64,000 bases of DNA from Candidatus Shapirobacteria bacterium (GCA_041661765.1 JBAZTV010000002.1:203279-267278), one strand, 5' to 3'. Shown: positions 29,973 through 40,760, numbered from the stretch's first letter. Notes: generated by a model not told the origin, from the letters alone. Numbers and translations are program-made.

Positions 29973-31313
29973 TTGTTTAACAAACTTCATTTTAAAATTG
30001 CTTATTTTATTTCTTTCATCAAAAGAAAGATTTTGTTTATTCTAATAATAATTGCCGTCATTTTTTGTGCCATTTTTTTTAGAAAAGAAATTATCAATTT
30101 TATTAATCTTCCTATTTTTAAGAAAGAATCCATCGGTATTGAAGGCCTTTATACCTTAAAAAATCTTCCCGAAAACATTGCCAATCAGATTAGTTATGGT
30201 CTAACTATCAATTCTAAAAATGATAAAGCCGTTATTTCACCTATAATTGAATCATTAAACGTTGAAAATGAAAATAAAGATTATATTTTTACAATTAAAG
30301 ACAATATTTTTTGGCATAATGGAAAAAAATTAATCGCCAGTGACATCGATTATTCATCCATTTCCGGAATTAAAATTAGCATTTTAGACGAAAATAAGAT
30401 TAAAATTAGTCTTGAAAAAGAATTTTCTCCCATTCTATCAGTTTTAAATAAGCCCTTATTTAAAAAAAATACTATTGGTTTAGGTCAATATAAAATTAAA
30501 AAATATTCCCTTCAAGAAGGCTATTTAAAAACTCTTTATCTTACTCCAACTAAAGACAATCTTTCCAAAATAGTCTATCATTTTTATCAAGATGAAGCCG
30601 ATTTAATTAATGCCTACAAATTGGGCGACGTTGACCAAATAAAAATCAGTTCTCTTTCAGAAGAATTATCAAAATGGAATAATAGTAAAATAACTCAAAA
30701 AATAGAAACCAATGAAAAATATTCTGCCATTTTTTTTAATACTCAAAAAATTAACAACAAACAACTCCGTCAAGCCATAGCGTATGCCACTCCCAAAACT
30801 AAAGACCAAAACGAACGATGTCTTGGCCCAATTTCCCCTGAATCATGGGCATATAATCCCAGCGTTAAAGAATATAACTTCGATGCCACTCGAGCCAAAG
30901 AGCTATTTCAAAACAATAAAATCGACTCCATTAATTTAATTGTCGGTGATCGAAGATTATTATCAGTTGCTGAAGATATTAAAAAATCTTGGGAAAGCAT
31001 CATTGGCCTAAAAACCAATATTTCCATCATCAATCAAATAGACACTGAAAATTTTGATGTCATTTTAACTTATGGCAGTATTCCCCATGATCCAGATCAA
31101 TATCTTTTCTGGCATTCAACTCAAATCGGAAAAAGTAATTTAACCAAACTCAACGATTCTCGCATTGATAAACTTTTAGAAGACGGTAGGTTTGCTATTG
31201 ACCAAATAGAAAGAAAAGCAATTTATCAAGATTTTCAAAAATATCTTTTAGAAGAATCTCCCGCCATTTTTCTAGCTTACCCTAATACTTATACAATTAC
31301 TCGAGTAAAATAG
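29973..31313 (+). CDS. Extracellular solute-binding protein, family 5-like (peptide/nickel type), membrane anchored
   Basis: N-terminal TM segment; SBP_bac_5-like length and composition; weak motifs only. Confidence 0.45.
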   Translation: MFNKLHFKIAYFISFIKRKILFILIIIAVIFCAIFFRKEIINFINLPIFKKESIGIEGLYTLKNLPENIANQISYGLTINSKNDKAVISPIIESLNVENENKDYIFTIKDNIFWHNGKKLIASDIDYSSISGIKISILDENKIKISLEKEFSPILSVLNKPLFKKNTIGLGQYKIKKYSLQEGYLKTLYLTPTKDNLSKIVYHFYQDEADLINAYKLGDVDQIKISSLSEELSKWNNSKITQKIETNEKYSAIFFNTQKINNKQLRQAIAYATPKTKDQNERCLGPISPESWAYNPSVKEYNFDATRAKELFQNNKIDSINLIVGDRRLLSVAEDIKKSWESIIGLKTNISIINQIDTENFDVILTYGSIPHDPDQYLFWHSTQIGKSNLTKLNDSRIDKLLEDGRFAIDQIERKAIYQDFQKYLLEESPAIFLAYPNTYTITRVK

Positions 31314-31324
31314 TAAAATAAAAT

Positions 31325-31573
31325 ATGATAGAAGAAAATAAAAAACCAGATTATATTGGAAATACTATTGTTTTTGTTTTGCTCGGATTACTATTATATG
31401 CTGGTTTTTTATCTTATAAAAGCATTGACTGGAACGTTTTAAATAGACTTGAATCAGAAAATCTAATTCTTCCTACCCCAATCCCTACCAATTCTGCCTT
31501 GCAAAATGCCACCTCATCAGCTATCACAGCTACTAGATCAGCAACTTCAACCTCTTCAACCACTAAAAAATAA
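31325..31573 (+). CDS. Small membrane protein
   Basis: ORF with one TM helix and an S/T-rich tail. Confidence 0.3.
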   Translation: MIEENKKPDYIGNTIVFVLLGLLLYAGFLSYKSIDWNVLNRLESENLILPTPIPTNSALQNATSSAITATRSATSTSSTTKK

Positions 31574-31576
31574 ATT

Positions 31577-32056
31577 CTATTTCTTTGGTGGTCTTTCCAA
31601 CTTCCCTAAAGTTTTTATTTCTAATTTACAAACAAAATTATAAATTTTATCAATTTCTCTTCTGATAAAATCAACATCTTCACCTTCGCTTTTTAATTCT
31701 CCTAAGACTAATTTAATTGATTTATTATAATCATTTTTAAATTTTTTATTAATATCTTCCCAAGAAATATTCTGCAAAATTTCTAATAATTTTTGTTCAT
31801 AGGGGATTTTGCCAATTAGTATTAAAAAAGCAATCATTGGATAACTTAAAGAATAAGTATAATAAGCCGCATTATCATTTGACATCATAGCACCAATATT
31901 AGGGTCATATTTAACATCATAAAATTTATCATTAGACGACAAATAACATCTAGCCTTATTACCATCTATTTCCATTCTGTCATCAGCAACCACCGTCAAT
32001 GCTTCATAAATTTTTGAGATATGTGGTTTTTTCCAAATCATAATCCTATTCGTCAA
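31577..32056 (-). CDS. Hypothetical protein
   Basis: ORF only. Confidence 0.4.
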   Translation of the reverse strand: MTNRIMIWKKPHISKIYEALTVVADDRMEIDGNKARCYLSSNDKFYDVKYDPNIGAMMSNDNAAYYTYSLSYPMIAFLILIGKIPYEQKLLEILQNISWEDINKKFKNDYNKSIKLVLGELKSEGEDVDFIRREIDKIYNFVCKLEIKTLGKLERPPKK

Positions 32057-32864
32057 AAGTTATTTCCTTAACCGATATCGGCTGCTGCGACTTAAAATGT
32101 TCTAATAATTGTGGCGGCTCCTGTGGCGGACCTCTTCTTTTTGATTTAATTTTCTCTATAATTTTCGGAACAAAAACTGGCCCAACAAACATTATTAAAC
32201 CAAGAATTACTAAAATAATTGGCAAATAATCTTTAAATGATTTTGATTCTTTAAAAGAATCATCAGAAGACTCTGTTGTACCCACAACTATTGGCACTAC
32301 TGTCGGCTCTAAAATCGCTGTTGGTTCAATAATCGGAGCCAAAGTCGGTGTCGGAGTAAGAGAAATAGTTGGAGTCAAAGCCGTAGTTAAAGTTGGTGTG
32401 AGAGTAAGAGTTGGTGTTGTAGTAGGAGTTGGAGTAATCGGATCGTTGATTTTAATAGTCCGAGAAACACTAGTTAAATTTAATTCTGGAACATAAGCAT
32501 ACAAATAATAAGTCCCCGAAGATGATGTAGCACCCACCCGTAAACTCACGGTTTTTACATAATTATCATCACCAGAAACATAAGGCATCACACTAGTATC
32601 AGTACCACAACCACTTAACCAATTACCATTATACAAATTATCCACTAAACATGACTTATCGGTCGAACTTTCGATTTGACCACCATAAATTCTAATATGA
32701 TAAGTAGTTCCTACCGAAACATTATCTAATTTAACATTAACATCAAATTGCTCTCCTCTTCTTGCCTCAGTTGACCCCCAACTATCCCAAGAAATACTCG
32801 GACTATCAGCCAAAGCAACCGGTCTAAAAATAAAAAACATCCAAAAAAGAAAACCAAAAAACAT
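32046..32864 (-). CDS. Secreted surface protein with T/P-rich linker and C-terminal TM anchor
   Basis: Signal peptide, a TPTPT repeat linker, a C-terminal hydrophobic helix and a basic tail. Confidence 0.5.
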   Translation of the reverse strand: MFFGFLFWMFFIFRPVALADSPSISWDSWGSTEARRGEQFDVNVKLDNVSVGTTYHIRIYGGQIESSTDKSCLVDNLYNGNWLSGCGTDTSVMPYVSGDDNYVKTVSLRVGATSSSGTYYLYAYVPELNLTSVSRTIKINDPITPTPTTTPTLTLTPTLTTALTPTISLTPTPTLAPIIEPTAILEPTVVPIVVGTTESSDDSFKESKSFKDYLPIILVILGLIMFVGPVFVPKIIEKIKSKRRGPPQEPPQLLEHFKSQQPISVKEITFDE

Positions 32865-32867
32865 AAG

Positions 32868-33578
32868 CTATTTTAAATCACTTCTAGTTCCATGTCTAAT
32901 CTCAATTTTTCCTTTTTTTAAAACCTCTAATAATTTCGTCGGATCATCTAATTTCACCATATTAAATCTATTTCCAATTCTATTTTTAATATGTGCATCA
33001 CTATTAGAATAAGCTGGAATTTCTAATTTTAATACAAATTTTTTAGCTAAATTATGCCAAATACGATAAAGTTTTCTCTTAAATTTTTTCTCTATATCAT
33101 CATTATGAATCTCCGCCCCATGAACTAAACCTTCTTTATAAAGATCTGCTAAAAAATTCCCTTTTAAAGACATCATTCCTGTTGGTATTTTAGGATGAGC
33201 CGCTATAACCAATGCCCCATTATCCACAAAATATCTTAATATTTTTATAATTGTTTTTTTTCTAGCAATAACTCCAGAAGATTTTTTTGTAACATTATGT
33301 TCTTTTAGCTTTTTTTCTACCAATTCCGAATCTAATCCCAACACTAATAAATGACCTGATAAAAATGATAATTCGCATCCAGAAATAACATAAATGCCAT
33401 ATTTTTCCCTTATTTTTTCAGGATTAAATTTATTTGGAATATTATGATCAGTTATTGCTAACACATCTAAGCCTCTTCTTTTTGCCACTCTCAACATTTC
33501 CTTAACACTATTCTTTCCATCGCTCCCAATTGTATGCATATGCAAATCAAATTTAAGCCATTTTTTTTTAGACACCAT
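32868..33578 (-). CDS. PHP-domain metal-dependent phosphoesterase
   Basis: LKFDLHMHTIGSDGK...LAITDHN matches PHP motifs I and II. Confidence 0.6.
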   Translation of the reverse strand: MVSKKKWLKFDLHMHTIGSDGKNSVKEMLRVAKRRGLDVLAITDHNIPNKFNPEKIREKYGIYVISGCELSFLSGHLLVLGLDSELVEKKLKEHNVTKKSSGVIARKKTIIKILRYFVDNGALVIAAHPKIPTGMMSLKGNFLADLYKEGLVHGAEIHNDDIEKKFKRKLYRIWHNLAKKFVLKLEIPAYSNSDAHIKNRIGNRFNMVKLDDPTKLLEVLKKGKIEIRHGTRSDLK

Positions 33579-33588
33579 GCTTTATATT

Positions 33589-34920
33589 TTACACCCTATG
33601 TTCTTTATCTTTACTATTCTTTTTCCTTCTCTTCACCAACCCAATAATCCAAGAAATTAAGATTAATATGATTCCACCTCCAATAATAATCATCAATGGT
33701 TTGTTCTCCAAGAAATTAGTTGCAGTGGAGGAAGTAAAATCTCCAACTTCAAAATTTTGTTTAAATTCATCTTTAATATTAGTGTTGTAAAGTGTGTTTA
33801 AAACTAATGTGTATTTACCTTTATCTAATAACAATCCTTCAAATGTTTTATTAAATACTCCTTCAGTTTGTATAGAGGTATTATCAATTGATCTATAATA
33901 TTCTTTTCCATTTGCATCAACTATCGTAAATGTCATTTCTACTGGAGTATCTTCTTTTCCAAAACTTACAAATGTTACCCTAGCAGTTAATTCAGATGCT
34001 TTAGTTATTTGTGTTTTATCTACAATTAGGGCGATATCGAGAAGTCGATTGCTAATTTCTGAAGCAGGAACAAAACCCTCAGCAACAGTAACCACGGCTC
34101 TTGTTCCACCAATAGGAATACTTGACACCTCATTCGACCAATCACCTGGAATACAATCATTAATTGCTTTTATCTTGAAGTAATATCTAGTTCCACCAGA
34201 TAATCCTTTGATTGTATAACTAGTGGTATCAGCATTTCCTACATTTGGATTACCAAATTCAATTGATCCAGAAGAAGTTCCATAAGCTATTAAATATTTA
34301 GTTACTGGATTACTTGCTTTTGACCAAGTTAAAGTCACACTATTATCTCCATTAATTGTATTAGTAATAATTGGTGTCCCTCCTGGTTTAGTTGCACTAC
34401 ATGCTGGTGCTGCCCAACCAGTACTAGTTGAAGATGTAGTAGTAGTTGTTGTTGAAGTAGAAGGTGAGGAGGTTGGGGTGACGCATGATGACCGCCAATC
34501 TGTTTCCACATTACAATTTGCACAATCAAAACTAATTCTTCCCACTGTCGAGCCAAACATTCCGGCCGTACCTATAAATTTTCCACTAGAATTTATTGTC
34601 ACCCCCGTAAAGCTAATCCATCCCAATGTTTCAGACCAAGCATATCCACCCAATATTCCAGAACAATTATTAGTCACACCGCTAGTTGATGGAGATAAAT
34701 TAATCCATCCATAATTAGAATTCCAAGCATACCCAGTTATATTTGAATCAGAAACAGAAACATTTCCTCCATTGGCCAAAAAATTGACCCATCCCATATT
34801 TTCTCCCCAAGCATAAGCACTACTTCCAATAATAGTTCCCGTAGTCGCTAAAACTTCAACCAAACCAAAATTTAAAAAAAAACCAAAAACTAAAAATATT
34901 AATACTAATAATTTTTTCAT
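33589..34920 (-). CDS. Secreted surface protein with a fibronectin-III-like domain, S/T-rich linker and C-terminal TM anchor
   Basis: Signal peptide, a TSTTTTTTSSTST linker, an FN3-like segment (TPIITNTINGDNSVTLTWSKASNPVTKYLIAYG), and a C-terminal TM helix with a KRRKK tail. Confidence 0.5.
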   Translation of the reverse strand: MKKLLVLIFLVFGFFLNFGLVEVLATTGTIIGSSAYAWGENMGWVNFLANGGNVSVSDSNITGYAWNSNYGWINLSPSTSGVTNNCSGILGGYAWSETLGWISFTGVTINSSGKFIGTAGMFGSTVGRISFDCANCNVETDWRSSCVTPTSSPSTSTTTTTTSSTSTGWAAPACSATKPGGTPIITNTINGDNSVTLTWSKASNPVTKYLIAYGTSSGSIEFGNPNVGNADTTSYTIKGLSGGTRYYFKIKAINDCIPGDWSNEVSSIPIGGTRAVVTVAEGFVPASEISNRLLDIALIVDKTQITKASELTARVTFVSFGKEDTPVEMTFTIVDANGKEYYRSIDNTSIQTEGVFNKTFEGLLLDKGKYTLVLNTLYNTNIKDEFKQNFEVGDFTSSTATNFLENKPLMIIIGGGIILILISWIIGLVKRRKKNSKDKEHRV

Positions 34921-34922
34921 AT

Positions 34923-35375
34923 CTAATTTTCTGGTGTTTCAGTGGGTGTTTTTGTTGGCGTCTCAATTAGTGTTTCAGCAGGTGTCTCAGTTGGTGTAGT
35001 ATTTTGACTACCACTACCAATCAATAGGGGAGCAACTTCTATAACTTTTTGAGTTGATGGACGATATAAAATTGCTTTTTTTGTATTAGCATAAATTAAT
35101 ATTTTATCTCCATTTTCTGATTTCTTAAAAAAATCCTGGTCTTTTAATTTTTCTTTATCTGTTACCGTCGCCAATGTTGGTGTTTCATCTGCTGGCAAAT
35201 CCATAAATTTACCAATTACTGTAGTAAGTGATTTGATTTCATCGATTGAAATTTTATTCGGATTATCTTTAATTTCTTTATATTGCTTATAAAAATACCC
35301 TGCCGCTCCAAGAGAACCCACAATTATTACTACAATTAAGATTTTGACACTGATTTTAATTATTTTTTTATACAT
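34923..35375 (-). CDS. Membrane-anchored protein with TPTETP repeat tail
   Basis: The track ORF was trimmed to Met 35375. The upstream extension of the track ORF overlaps tRNA-Gln. Confidence 0.45.
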   Translation of the reverse strand: MYKKIIKISVKILIVVIIVGSLGAAGYFYKQYKEIKDNPNKISIDEIKSLTTVIGKFMDLPADETPTLATVTDKEKLKDQDFFKKSENGDKILIYANTKKAILYRPSTQKVIEVAPLLIGSGSQNTTPTETPAETLIETPTKTPTETPEN

Positions 35376-35429
35376 GAATATATAAGAACATGTATAAATT
35401 AAAAAAATATTAAAAATCAACCCTTGCTG

Positions 35430-35500
35430 TTGCCCTGCATGGATTCGAACCACAATACTCAGCTCCAAAGGCTGATGTCCTACCATTAGACGACGGGGCA
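35430..35500 (-). tRNA. tRNA-Gln (anticodon TTG)
   Basis: U1:A72 start, anticodon stem-loop TCAGC-CTTTGGA-GCTGA, T-loop TTCGAAT. One acceptor mismatch. Confidence 0.7.
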
Positions 35501-35545
35501 TTAAAGACTTCGCTATTTTATCCTATTCTTAAACTCAATTCAACA

Positions 35546-36271
35546 CTATTTCACTATTACATTCTTAAAATATTTTTTAAAAATATTTTCTGCTCTAGAA
35601 ATTGTTTTTTTGTCGGGCGAGGGAACATTTGAAATTTTATATTCCATTCCCAACTCTTTATATTTATAAACCCCAAGCGTATGATAGGGAAGGATTTCCA
35701 CCCTTTCCACTGTTTTATAATTTTTAAAATATTCACCCCATTTATTTAAAAATCCTTCACTATCATTCCATCCTGGCACCAAAACATAACGAAGCCACAT
35801 TGATTTCCCCAATTCTTCCCTAAATTTAGCCATTTCTAAAACATTTTTATTACTAACTCCAGTCAATCGTTTGTGCCATTTTTCATCAATATGCTTCACA
35901 TCTAAAAGCAAAAAATCCGTTTCTCGATAAAGTTTTTTAATCTGATTATTTATAATCGTTCCATTTGTATCCAAAGCCGTATTAATACCAATCCTTCGAG
36001 CTTCTTTAAATAATTTATAAACCTCCGCCGCTTGCAAAGTAGGCTCTCCCCCAGACACTGTAATTCCACCATTATCTGAAAAATATTCCTTTTCATTTTT
36101 AGCCATCTCAATAATTTCTCCAATTTTCATTTCTTTACCACTTTTTAAATCAAACAAATCTGGATTATGACAATAAAGACAACGAATATTACAACCTTGA
36201 AGAAAAATAACTAATCGTATTCCTGGACCTTCATGTGTCCCAAATGTTTCAATCGAATGCACTCTTAACAT
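35546..36271 (-). CDS. pflA: Pyruvate formate-lyase activating enzyme (radical SAM)
   Basis: GCNIRCLYCHNPD cluster motif; sits directly downstream of pflB. Confidence 0.8.
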   Translation of the reverse strand: MLRVHSIETFGTHEGPGIRLVIFLQGCNIRCLYCHNPDLFDLKSGKEMKIGEIIEMAKNEKEYFSDNGGITVSGGEPTLQAAEVYKLFKEARRIGINTALDTNGTIINNQIKKLYRETDFLLLDVKHIDEKWHKRLTGVSNKNVLEMAKFREELGKSMWLRYVLVPGWNDSEGFLNKWGEYFKNYKTVERVEILPYHTLGVYKYKELGMEYKISNVPSPDKKTISRAENIFKKYFKNVIVK

Positions 36272-36273
36272 AA

Positions 36274-38475
36274 TTACATTGTCTCAAAAAAAGTTCTCGC
36301 CAACACTTCTTGTTGTTGTTCTCGTGTTAATTTAATAAAATTCACAGCATAACCAGAAACTCTAATTGTCAATTGTGGATACAATTCTGGATGTTCCATT
36401 GCTTTAATCAAAGTCTCTCGATCCATAATATTTACATTAAGATGATGACCATTCTTTTTAAAATATCCATCTAAAAGGTGAATTAAGTTTCTAATTTGTT
36501 CAGCTTCGGTTCCACCTAAAGTTTTCGTCGTAGTTGAAAAAGTGTTAGAAATTCCATCTCGAGCATTTCTATAATCCAATTTAGCCACTGAATTAAGCGA
36601 AGCAATGGCCCCACCAATATCTCGACCATGCATCGGATTAGCTCCTGGCGCAAATGGCATTCCTAATTTTCTTCCATCTGGAGTCGAACCAGTCTTTTTT
36701 CCATAAACAACATTTGAAGTAATAGTCAAAATTGATAATGTTGGTTTAGCATCCCGATAAATATGGTGTTTTTGCAATTCTTTATTAAAGAAGTCCATAA
36801 TTTCTTTTGCCATTAAATCAACAACCTTTTCGTCATTTCCATATTTAGGAAAATTTCCATTAACTTCAAAATCAGTCGTAATTCCTTGTTCATTTCTAAT
36901 TGGCTGGACCTTAGCAAATTTAATTGCTGAAAGTGAATCAGCTGCTACCGACAAGCCAGCCAACCCAAAAGCCATCACTCGTTTCACTTCAGTATCTAAA
37001 AGAGCCATTTGAGCACGTTCATAATAATATTTATCGTGCATATAATGAATCACATTCATAGTATTTACATAATTTTCAGCTAAAAATGACATCGTTTTTT
37101 TAAACCGTTTTAATACTTCTCCATAATTCAAATATTTACCCTCCAACGGCTTAACTCCATCTATGACTTTAATATTATTTATTTCATCTATACCCTCATT
37201 TATTGCCAAAAGTAAGGCTTTAGCAATATTACATCTAGCTCCAAAAAATTGCATTTGTTTTCCAGTTTCAAGAAGTGATACACAACAACTAATCCCATAA
37301 TCATCAGTTTTAGCAACAGTTCTCATTAAATCATCATTTTCATATTGAATTGAAGATGTATCAATTGAAACTTTAGTACAAAATTCTTTAAAGAATTCAG
37401 GTAATTTTTGTGACCAAAGAATAGTTAAATTAGGTTCTGGTGATGGTCCTAAATTATAAAGTGTTTGTAAAAATCTGTAAGTTGTTTTAGTTACTTTATG
37501 TTTTCCATTAATCCAAGCTCCACCTAAAGATTCAGTAATCCAGGTTGGATCACCAGCAAACAAATTATTATATTCTGTAGTTCTCAAATGTCGAACTAGT
37601 CTTAACTTAATAATAAATTGATCAACTAATTCTTGAGCCTGTTCTTCAGTCATTGTTCCATCTCTTATTTCCTTTTCGATATAAATATCAAAAAAACTAC
37701 TCACATTACCCAAACTCATTGCTGCTCCATCGTGTTCTTTAATTGCCGAAAGATAACCAAAATAAGTCCATTGAATAGCTTCTTGAGCATTTAAAGCCGG
37801 TCTACCAATATCAAATCCATAACCATCAGCCATTTTCTTCATTAATTCTAATGCGTCTATTTGTTCCATTACCTCCTCTCTAAGTCGAATCATTTCATCA
37901 GTCATCGTTCCAACCAATTTTTTTCTGTCTTCCTTTTTAACTTCAATTATTTTATCGACCCCATACAAAGCCACTCTTCTATAATCTCCAATAATTCTTC
38001 CCCGAGCATAAGCATCCGGTAAACCAGTTAAAATACCAGTTTTTCTCAACCTTAACATTTCTTCAGTATATGCATCAAAAACACCATCGTTATGGGTTTT
38101 TCTATATTTAGTAAAAATTTCCACCACTCCCTTATCTAATTCTTTACCATTTTCTTCACAAGCATGAATTACCGTTCTAATACCTCCAGCTGGTTTAATA
38201 GATCTTTTTAATGGTTCATCAGTCTGTAAACCAACAATCATTTCTAATTCTTTTTCAATATATCCTGGTTTATGACTAATAATATTTGAAACAGTTTTTG
38301 TATCAATGTCTAAAACCCCACCATTATCAGTTTCCTTCTTCAAAAGCTTCTTGCACTTCTCCCAAAGTTTTTTAGTTTTTTCGCTTGGCCCCACCAAAAA
38401 AGACGCATCACCATCATATGGTGTAATATTTTGAAAAACAAAATCCCTAACATTAATTGGATAGTTTTCTTTCAT
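36274..38475 (-). CDS. pflB: Formate C-acetyltransferase (pyruvate formate-lyase), glycyl radical enzyme
   Basis: 733 aa. C-terminal glycyl-radical motif RVSGYAVNF. Catalytic Cys-Cys region. Confidence 0.85.
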   Translation of the reverse strand: MKENYPINVRDFVFQNITPYDGDASFLVGPSEKTKKLWEKCKKLLKKETDNGGVLDIDTKTVSNIISHKPGYIEKELEMIVGLQTDEPLKRSIKPAGGIRTVIHACEENGKELDKGVVEIFTKYRKTHNDGVFDAYTEEMLRLRKTGILTGLPDAYARGRIIGDYRRVALYGVDKIIEVKKEDRKKLVGTMTDEMIRLREEVMEQIDALELMKKMADGYGFDIGRPALNAQEAIQWTYFGYLSAIKEHDGAAMSLGNVSSFFDIYIEKEIRDGTMTEEQAQELVDQFIIKLRLVRHLRTTEYNNLFAGDPTWITESLGGAWINGKHKVTKTTYRFLQTLYNLGPSPEPNLTILWSQKLPEFFKEFCTKVSIDTSSIQYENDDLMRTVAKTDDYGISCCVSLLETGKQMQFFGARCNIAKALLLAINEGIDEINNIKVIDGVKPLEGKYLNYGEVLKRFKKTMSFLAENYVNTMNVIHYMHDKYYYERAQMALLDTEVKRVMAFGLAGLSVAADSLSAIKFAKVQPIRNEQGITTDFEVNGNFPKYGNDEKVVDLMAKEIMDFFNKELQKHHIYRDAKPTLSILTITSNVVYGKKTGSTPDGRKLGMPFAPGANPMHGRDIGGAIASLNSVAKLDYRNARDGISNTFSTTTKTLGGTEAEQIRNLIHLLDGYFKKNGHHLNVNIMDRETLIKAMEHPELYPQLTIRVSGYAVNFIKLTREQQQEVLARTFFETM

Positions 38476-38502
38476 ACTTAATCTAAATTACTAACAAATT
38501 AG

Positions 38503-38584
38503 TGCCGATGGAGGGACTTGAACCCCCACGTCTTGCGACATACGCACCTCAAGCGTACGTGTATACCAATTTCACCACATCGGC
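38503..38584 (-). tRNA. tRNA-Leu (anticodon GAG)
   Basis: Type II tRNA, 82 nt. Anticodon stem-loop TACGC-TTGAGGT-GCGTA, long variable arm. Confidence 0.8.
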
Positions 38585-38591
38585 ATTTTAG

Positions 38592-38664
38592 TGGCCACTG
38601 AGGGACTCGGACCCCCGACATCTTCGATGTAAACGAAGCGCTCTACCAACTGAGCTAAGTGGCC
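38592..38664 (-). tRNA. tRNA-Val (anticodon TAC)
   Basis: GGCCACT acceptor, D-arm TAGCTCAGTTGGTAGAGC, anticodon stem-loop CTTCG-TTTACAT-CGAAG. Confidence 0.8.
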
Positions 38665-38684
38665 CTCAGGGTCTGAAATAAATG

Positions 38685-38757
38685 AGCGAGAGACGGGATT
38701 CGGACCCGCGACCTTCTCCTTGGCAAGGAGACGCTCCACCAATTGAGCTACTCTCGC
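38685..38757 (-). tRNA. tRNA-Gly (anticodon GCC)
   Basis: GCGAGAG acceptor, anticodon stem-loop TCTCC-TTGCCAA-GGAGA, T-loop TCCGAAT. Confidence 0.8.
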
Positions 38758-38777
38758 ATATATATTATTATAAAATG

Positions 38778-38850
38778 TGCCGAAGGTAGGACTCGAACCT
38801 ACATCCCAGGTTTTTCAGACCAGTGCCTTGACCATCTTGGCTACTTCGGC
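38778..38850 (-). tRNA. tRNA-Phe (anticodon GAA), atypical D-arm
   Basis: GCCGAAG acceptor, loop CTGAAAA, T-arm GTAGG-TTCGAGT-CCTAC. A U-U mismatch in the anticodon stem and a weak D-stem. Confidence 0.6.
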
Positions 38851-38964
38851 TAGAAGTGTTTTTATTATATCAATTTTCTTTAAAATTTTACTTATTAGTT
38901 CTAAAAAGAAAAATAGCGGTACTTTAATACTAAATAAAGTATCAATATAATACCGCTATTAAAA

Positions 38965-40068
38965 TTATCTAATGTTTAAGGATGATCCCAAAAACTCAAC
39001 ATTTAAAGGGTTGATTATTACTCTCTTTTGTCCTGTCTGAGCTTCTTTAATATTACCGGCACAAATTGCTTCCATTCCTAAACCAGATGCAATATCAATC
39101 ACTTTGAGAACATCTTTTTGATCAACATACAAAGCAAAACCAGCTCCCATATTGAAATTACCATACATCTCCTGGATATCAACATTCCCATATTTTTGAA
39201 TAAATTTAAAAACCGGCTGCGGTTCAAAAATCTGGTTTATCATATAATCAAAGTTTTGATTAACCCGCATTAATTTTCTCCAACCATGCCCCGTGATATT
39301 TACAGCATAATGAATTTTTATTCCAGACTCCAAACAATCATCAACCAATGGAACATAAATTATTGTTGGATCCAATAATGCCTCTCCAAAATTTCGACCG
39401 TCTTCCATTTTTGCCAAAAAACCATCATCTAGTCCTCCCGCAATCGATCTCGCCATTGTTAAACCATTCGCATGGATACCTGAACTTTTAATCAAAACAA
39501 TTGCATCCCCAGCTCTAATATTTTTTGGATTAATTAACCTATCTTTAGGCATAATTATTCCTTCAGCCGAACCAGCTAAATCCACTGTCTCTGAATTAAC
39601 AATTACTCTTAATGTCGGTGTTTCTCCAGGACCCCAAACACATCTCGAAAAATCACATGCTTTTTTCCATCCGTTTATTAAATCTTGATATCGAATCTCA
39701 TCTTCAAACCAATCTGAATCTCCAGCCGCCAAATACATTGCAACAGACAATGGCATTACCCCTAATGTAATCATGTCATTTACAATCATGGCCACACAAT
39801 CCTGAGCAACTTGCTCATAATAACTTTTTCCAGTTAATAAATACATTTCATCTGCCACCAAATTTTTCGTTCCCAATCCCTCAATCACATGACCTCGATA
39901 AGAATCCGTCTCTTCAACCAAAAAAACACTTTCCCCTCGACTCCATTCAACCACTTTAAAACCATATTTTGGGTTAATTGAAGTTTTTCTGGCTACATCT
40001 TGAGCCGCTCTTTTAAATTTATCCATTGGACCATAATCAACACCAGAGTCCTTATAAGTATTTCCCAC
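38965..40068 (-). CDS. purM: Phosphoribosylformylglycinamidine cyclo-ligase-like (AIR synthase family)
   Basis: YKDSGVD...EGLGTK...VAMIVNDMITLGVMPL...GDAIVLIKSSGIHANG...HYAVNITGHGW...QEMYGNFNMGAGF. These align motif by motif with PurM. Confidence 0.7.
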   Translation of the reverse strand: MGNTYKDSGVDYGPMDKFKRAAQDVARKTSINPKYGFKVVEWSRGESVFLVEETDSYRGHVIEGLGTKNLVADEMYLLTGKSYYEQVAQDCVAMIVNDMITLGVMPLSVAMYLAAGDSDWFEDEIRYQDLINGWKKACDFSRCVWGPGETPTLRVIVNSETVDLAGSAEGIIMPKDRLINPKNIRAGDAIVLIKSSGIHANGLTMARSIAGGLDDGFLAKMEDGRNFGEALLDPTIIYVPLVDDCLESGIKIHYAVNITGHGWRKLMRVNQNFDYMINQIFEPQPVFKFIQKYGNVDIQEMYGNFNMGAGFALYVDQKDVLKVIDIASGLGMEAICAGNIKEAQTGQKRVIINPLNVEFLGSSLNIR

Positions 40069-40174
40069 TCAAATCACTCCTTAAATTATTTGTAAATGTA
40101 CAAACTGCAATACTAATTTGTATTCACAATAAGTATTTTACATGGAATTTATCGAAAAACAATACAACATCAAG

Positions 40175-40255
40175 TGCCAAGGGTGGGACTTGAACCCACA
40201 TGTCTTGCGACACACCGTTCTGAGCGATGCTTGTATACCATTTCAACACCTTGGC
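40175..40255 (-). tRNA. tRNA-Leu (anticodon CAG)
   Basis: Type II tRNA, 81 nt. Anticodon stem-loop CATCG-CTCAGAA-CGGTG. Confidence 0.75.
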
Positions 40256-40304
40256 AAAGTAAAGTATTCTACCATTTTAAGGCCATTTAATTGTAAAATC
40301 AGAC

Positions 40305-40760
40305 ATGAAACAAGCAACCCTATTATTTTTAACAAAAGACAATCAAATTCTTTTGGCCATGAAAAAACGTGGTTTTGGACAAGGCCGTTGGAATGGTGTC
40401 GGTGGCAAACCAGAAGAAAACGAGAATATATTGGACACCGCCGTTCGTGAAACTCAAGAAGAAATTGGCGTCACCCCAAAAAATATTTCTCAAGTCGCTA
40501 CCATTGATTTTTATTTTCAAAATAAATCAGAATGGAACCAACAGGTTTTGGTTTTTATCACCAACGAGTGGGAAGGGGAACCATCTGAATCAGAAGAAAT
40601 GAAACCCCAATGGTTCAACATCAACCAGCTTCCTTTTGAATCCATGTGGCCCGACGATCAATTTTGGCTACCACAAGTTTTATCCGGTAAAATAATCCAA
40701 GCCGAATTCACCTTTGGTGATAACGATATTATTTTGGATCAAAAAATAAATGAAATCTAA
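40305..40760 (+). CDS. NUDIX hydrolase
   Basis: Nudix box GVGGKPEENENILDTAVRETQEEIGV. Confidence 0.7.
   Translation: MKQATLLFLTKDNQILLAMKKRGFGQGRWNGVGGKPEENENILDTAVRETQEEIGVTPKNISQVATIDFYFQNKSEWNQQVLVFITNEWEGEPSESEEMKPQWFNINQLPFESMWPDDQFWLPQVLSGKIIQAEFTFGDNDIILDQKINEI

Noticed and set aside
40142-40450. Track ORF of 102 aa on the + strand.
   Set aside because: It lies antisense across tRNA-Leu(CAG) (40175-40255) and the NUDIX gene's 5' region. It is an artefact of the tRNA sequence.
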